From assembly GCA_045105515.1 (NCBI GenBank), contig JBGCDR010000345.1:1-10108 (forward strand): a DNA stretch of 10,108 nt, read 5' to 3'. The notes beneath the pieces were generated by a model. That model was not told the DNA's origin. It was given only the letters and a program-made list of their open reading frames with translations, and made no database searches. The position numbers and the translations under genes are program-made. Below are positions 7,459-10,108 of this stretch, piece by piece (the stretch's first letter is position 1; each line of letters opens with the position of its first letter). The DNA is from Oligoflexales bacterium. Lineage in GTDB: Bacteria; Bdellovibrionota_B; Oligoflexia; Oligoflexales; Bog-1112.

Positions 7459-7887
7459 CTATTTTTTGGGAAATAATTTTGCCTTTAGGGCTTCTTGTGG
7501 TGATTTGATTGAGAAAAAATCGTGGACGTTTAACTCTGAAAAAAACGACCTTGTTTTGGTATCAACAACATCACCATTAATAATCATATAAACTGGTGCT
7601 TTCTTGGTTATTTTTCTTATTCTGGTTACAAATGAAAATCCATCCATCTGCGACATAATGATGCCACTCAAAATGATATCGAACTTTCCTTTGTTTTTAT
7701 AATAGTGCTGCAAAGCTTCAAAGCCATTCTGTGCGTAGATAACGTCGTATTTTTCCTCAAGCCCAGGTATAATTTCCCCAAGATTTAAATGGGGATGCAC
7801 GCATAAAATTTGCTTTCTTTGGCTTTTACGAAGCTCGACTTGTTCAAGAGCCTTGCTTGTACGTGCTGATTCTGCTAGTGCTGACAT
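7459..7887 (-). CDS. Stand-alone atypical response-regulator receiver (pseudo-receiver) with a short N-terminal extension
   Basis: Receiver pattern YDVIYAQNGFEALQ...FDIILSGIIMSQMDGFSFVTRIRK...PVYMI. Start re-assigned to the ATG at 7887 (MSALAES), preceded by AAAGGTTGGGTA. The phospho-acceptor position is Gly. Confidence 0.8.
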   Translation of the reverse strand: MSALAESARTSKALEQVELRKSQRKQILCVHPHLNLGEIIPGLEEKYDVIYAQNGFEALQHYYKNKGKFDIILSGIIMSQMDGFSFVTRIRKITKKAPVYMIINGDVVDTKTRSFFSELNVHDFFSIKSPQEALKAKLFPKK

Positions 7888-8222
7888 TACCCAACCTTTT
7901 TTTCTAGTAGTAACTACTAAGTTATACAATTCTGACTTAATAGATAAATCGGTATTTTAGTGGTTCGAGTTAATAAAAAATGCAATTAACCGTATTAATA
8001 GGCCTAAATATAGGTACATATTTTTTCCTGTTAATGGCTACCTTCTTAATTTTAAAGCATAAATTCTCATTAAGAAGGTGTTTAGAATCTTACATGAGAG
8101 TTTCTGTGGTGACTAATGTTCTCTAAGGATCTGATAATAGTAAAAAAAAATTATAGAAATTCCTTAAATTGAATTTGGTAGCGACCGAAAAGGCACAGGT
8201 ATTCATAAGTATAGGTGGTCGC

Positions 8223-9038
8223 ATGTTTAGATTTTGGTTGCAAGCTTTTCTATTAAACTCAGTTATCATAACAGCTTGTGGTGATGAATACGGAGAAAAT
8301 TCCTCAAGCCATTCTGATCTTGTAAGTCCACCTAAGATGTTTTTTGATTATTGCATTGATGAAAATGCAGATATAGAGATTAGAAAAACTGTGGCTGCTT
8401 TAAAGCTTGCAACCAATGAAGCAGATTGTGGTAAGGTTTCTTATAGCGTTTTATCTCAGAAATACATTCGCTTAGATTTAAGTGGGTATGGAATTTCAGA
8501 CTTAACTCCCCTTACTGCATTTGAGCGGACCCTTGAGCTTAATTTGAGTAATAATAATATTAGCGACTTATCCCCTCTCTTGCAGATGCGAAATCTTTCT
8601 ATATTGAAGGTGAGTAACAATCAATTGACTGACCTTTCTGCCTTGAACTATTTCGTCTATTTAAATGAGGTTGATTTTTCAGGGAATCAAATTTCAGATT
8701 TGAGTGATTTTGAAGGCAAGACCTTCTTACGAAATCTCGACTTAGCAGATAATGACATAGAGGATCTGAGTCCCTTAAGTAGTCTTGAGTTTTTGGATTC
8801 TCTTACACTTTCAAAAAATAGTATTAAAGAACTTTCACCTTTAAATGGAATGACTACCTTAAAACATCTTTGGTTGGATGAAAATTTGATCGAAGATGTT
8901 TCCCCTCTCGTTCCGCTAGAATCACTACTAACTTTCTCATTATCTCTAAACCCTTTAGGAAATACGGTTGAAAAAGTTGATGCAAATTGTCCTAAAGCGA
9001 CAAATAATTCTACTCTCAACACTTTTTGCTCTCAATAA
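8223..9038 (+). CDS. Internalin-like leucine-rich repeat lipoprotein (about 8 x 22-aa repeats, Cys N-cap and C-cap)
   Basis: ATG at 8223 with AGGTGG RBS gives the signal peptide MFRFWLQAFLLNSVIITA-C (lipobox-like ITAC), cap C-x24-C, repeats such as LELNLSNNNISDLSPL, and a C-terminal NCPKATNNSTLNTFC cap. Confidence 0.9.
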   Translation: MFRFWLQAFLLNSVIITACGDEYGENSSSHSDLVSPPKMFFDYCIDENADIEIRKTVAALKLATNEADCGKVSYSVLSQKYIRLDLSGYGISDLTPLTAFERTLELNLSNNNISDLSPLLQMRNLSILKVSNNQLTDLSALNYFVYLNEVDFSGNQISDLSDFEGKTFLRNLDLADNDIEDLSPLSSLEFLDSLTLSKNSIKELSPLNGMTTLKHLWLDENLIEDVSPLVPLESLLTFSLSLNPLGNTVEKVDANCPKATNNSTLNTFCSQ

Positions 9039-9136
9039 AGATCTTTTTTTTCAAAATTTAGTTTTCTTCAAATGTTTTGTTATCCTAGGTTCATAGTTGC
9101 CCTCTTATAGGGTTAATTTTTGATTTAGGGAAGGAA

Positions 9137-10027
9137 TTGGATTCATTGAAAGTAGCATATCTAGGACCTAAGGGAACACATACCTATGGGGCCTGCCTCA
9201 AACACTTTGGCGAAAAAACCAAGTTGGGGGCAGTCAATTCAATACCAGAAGTTTTCGAGGAAGTAGAGTCTGGGGCTTATGATTACGGAGTTCTTCCTAT
9301 TGAAAACTCGAGTGAAGGAGCTGTTACCCATACTTTTGATTGTTTGATGAGTTCTCCCCTCATCATTTGCCAAGAAATAGAGATGAAGATAGAGCATCTG
9401 CTCGTTTGTTCACCAGAAGACATTTCAGCCAACATCCAGAGGGTGTATTCTCACCCGCAAGCATTGGCTCAATGTCGGCAATGGCTTAGACGAAATTTTC
9501 CGAATGCGAGCCAGATCACCAGTGCAAGTACTATTTTGGCTGTTGAACAGATGCTTGGTGAAAAAGGTAGTGCTGCTATTGCAAGCTGTCATGCAATTGA
9601 TCAGCATGAATTGAAAGTCCTTGATCGAGCCATTAATGACCAAACATCGAATGCAACGCGTTTTTTGATTCTCGGTCGCAAAATCGAATTGCAAGCGAGT
9701 GGCAACGACAAGACTTCTCTTATGTTGGCCCAGGAGAATAGGCCTGGCTCTTTAGTTAAGATTCTTTTACCTTTTGCAGACGAGAGTATAAATCTGACCC
9801 GAATTGAGTCCCGACCAGATCCAGCAAAGATTTGGCATTATGTTTTTTTTGTTGAAATGGATGGGCATTTACAGGAACCCAAGATCATGAATGTTCTTGA
9901 AACTCTCAAAAACCAAGGTGTGGCAGTGAAAGTTCTTGGTAGTTATCCCAAAGCCAATAAAATGGAAAGGCGGATTGCTAGATTAAGTGCAGAAGAAAAA
10001 ATCCATCGCTTCGGAAGGCGGATTTAG
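9137..10027 (+). CDS. pheA: Prephenate dehydratase (PDT + ACT domains, no chorismate mutase domain)
   Basis: VAYLGPKGT, GVLPIENSSEG.V, VYSHPQALAQC, N.TRF catalytic motif, DKTSL, INLTRIESRP (Phe-binding ACT) and LGSYP. TTG start with AGGGAAGGA RBS. Confidence 0.95.
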   Translation: MDSLKVAYLGPKGTHTYGACLKHFGEKTKLGAVNSIPEVFEEVESGAYDYGVLPIENSSEGAVTHTFDCLMSSPLIICQEIEMKIEHLLVCSPEDISANIQRVYSHPQALAQCRQWLRRNFPNASQITSASTILAVEQMLGEKGSAAIASCHAIDQHELKVLDRAINDQTSNATRFLILGRKIELQASGNDKTSLMLAQENRPGSLVKILLPFADESINLTRIESRPDPAKIWHYVFFVEMDGHLQEPKIMNVLETLKNQGVAVKVLGSYPKANKMERRIARLSAEEKIHRFGRRI

Positions 10028-10108
10028 TTTAGTCTATGAGGCTAATCTGCTTGCAAGAAAGGGGTATTTATGTCTGCCAATCTCACTTATGAGCAAAGGT
10101 ATGAGATA
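9969..10108 (+). mobile_element. Probable left end of an IS30-family insertion sequence (truncated by the window edge)
   Basis: 9969-9994 GGCGGATTGCTAGATTAAGTGCAGAA resembles IS30-family terminal IRs (recalled pattern, not searched), about 100 bp upstream of an ORF start resembling an IS30 transposase N-terminus. The right IR is outside the window. Confidence 0.55.
10070..10108 (+). CDS. N-terminus of a probable IS30-family transposase (MSANLTYEQRYEI...), partial
   Basis: AAGGGG RBS, ATG at 10070, and LTxEQRYxI matching the HTH_38-type start of IS30 transposases (hLTxEERYxI). Only 13 codons are visible. Confidence 0.6.
   Translation, partial: MSANLTYEQRYEI

Noticed and set aside
8169..8222. 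TTG start at 8169 for the LRR lipoprotein
   Set aside because: ATG 8223 has an AGGTGG RBS and places the lipobox Cys at residue 19, as expected for a lipoprotein.
9039..9060. Intrinsic terminator after the LRR lipoprotein (T-run at about 9044-9051)
   Set aside because: No GC-rich stem precedes the T-run.
6477..9694. Minus-strand ORFs 6477-6680, 8687-9022 and 9425-9694
   Set aside because: They are antisense shadows of the DpaL-like, LRR lipoprotein and pheA genes.

Overview
AT-rich bacterial window; the gene content (PilZ, Hpt/receiver proteins, internalin-like LRR proteins, DUF3299) suggests an Oligoflexia/Bdellovibrionota-like organism, but this is inference only. In order it holds: the 3' end of an upstream CDS; a CheA-P1-like Hpt domain fused to an atypical receiver; a short PilZ protein; a small secreted protein; a secreted LRR protein; a LysR regulator divergent from a TyrP/Mtr-type aromatic amino acid permease and a DUF3299 protein; a diaminopropionate ammonia-lyase (DpaL)-like protein; a stand-alone pseudo-receiver; an LRR lipoprotein; a monofunctional prephenate dehydratase; and probably the left end of an IS30-family element at the right edge. 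Most notable: (1) the intact DpaL homolog has His in place of the PLP Schiff-base Lys and Asn in place of a catalytic Asp, so it may be a pseudoenzyme; (2) both receiver domains lack the phospho-acceptor Asp; (3) the putative IS30 element appears to have inserted into the last codons of pheA and supplied a new C-terminal tail; (4) the two LRR paralogs share a C-x24-C cap but have opposite charge bias. The sequence does not show that these genes form a single new system.
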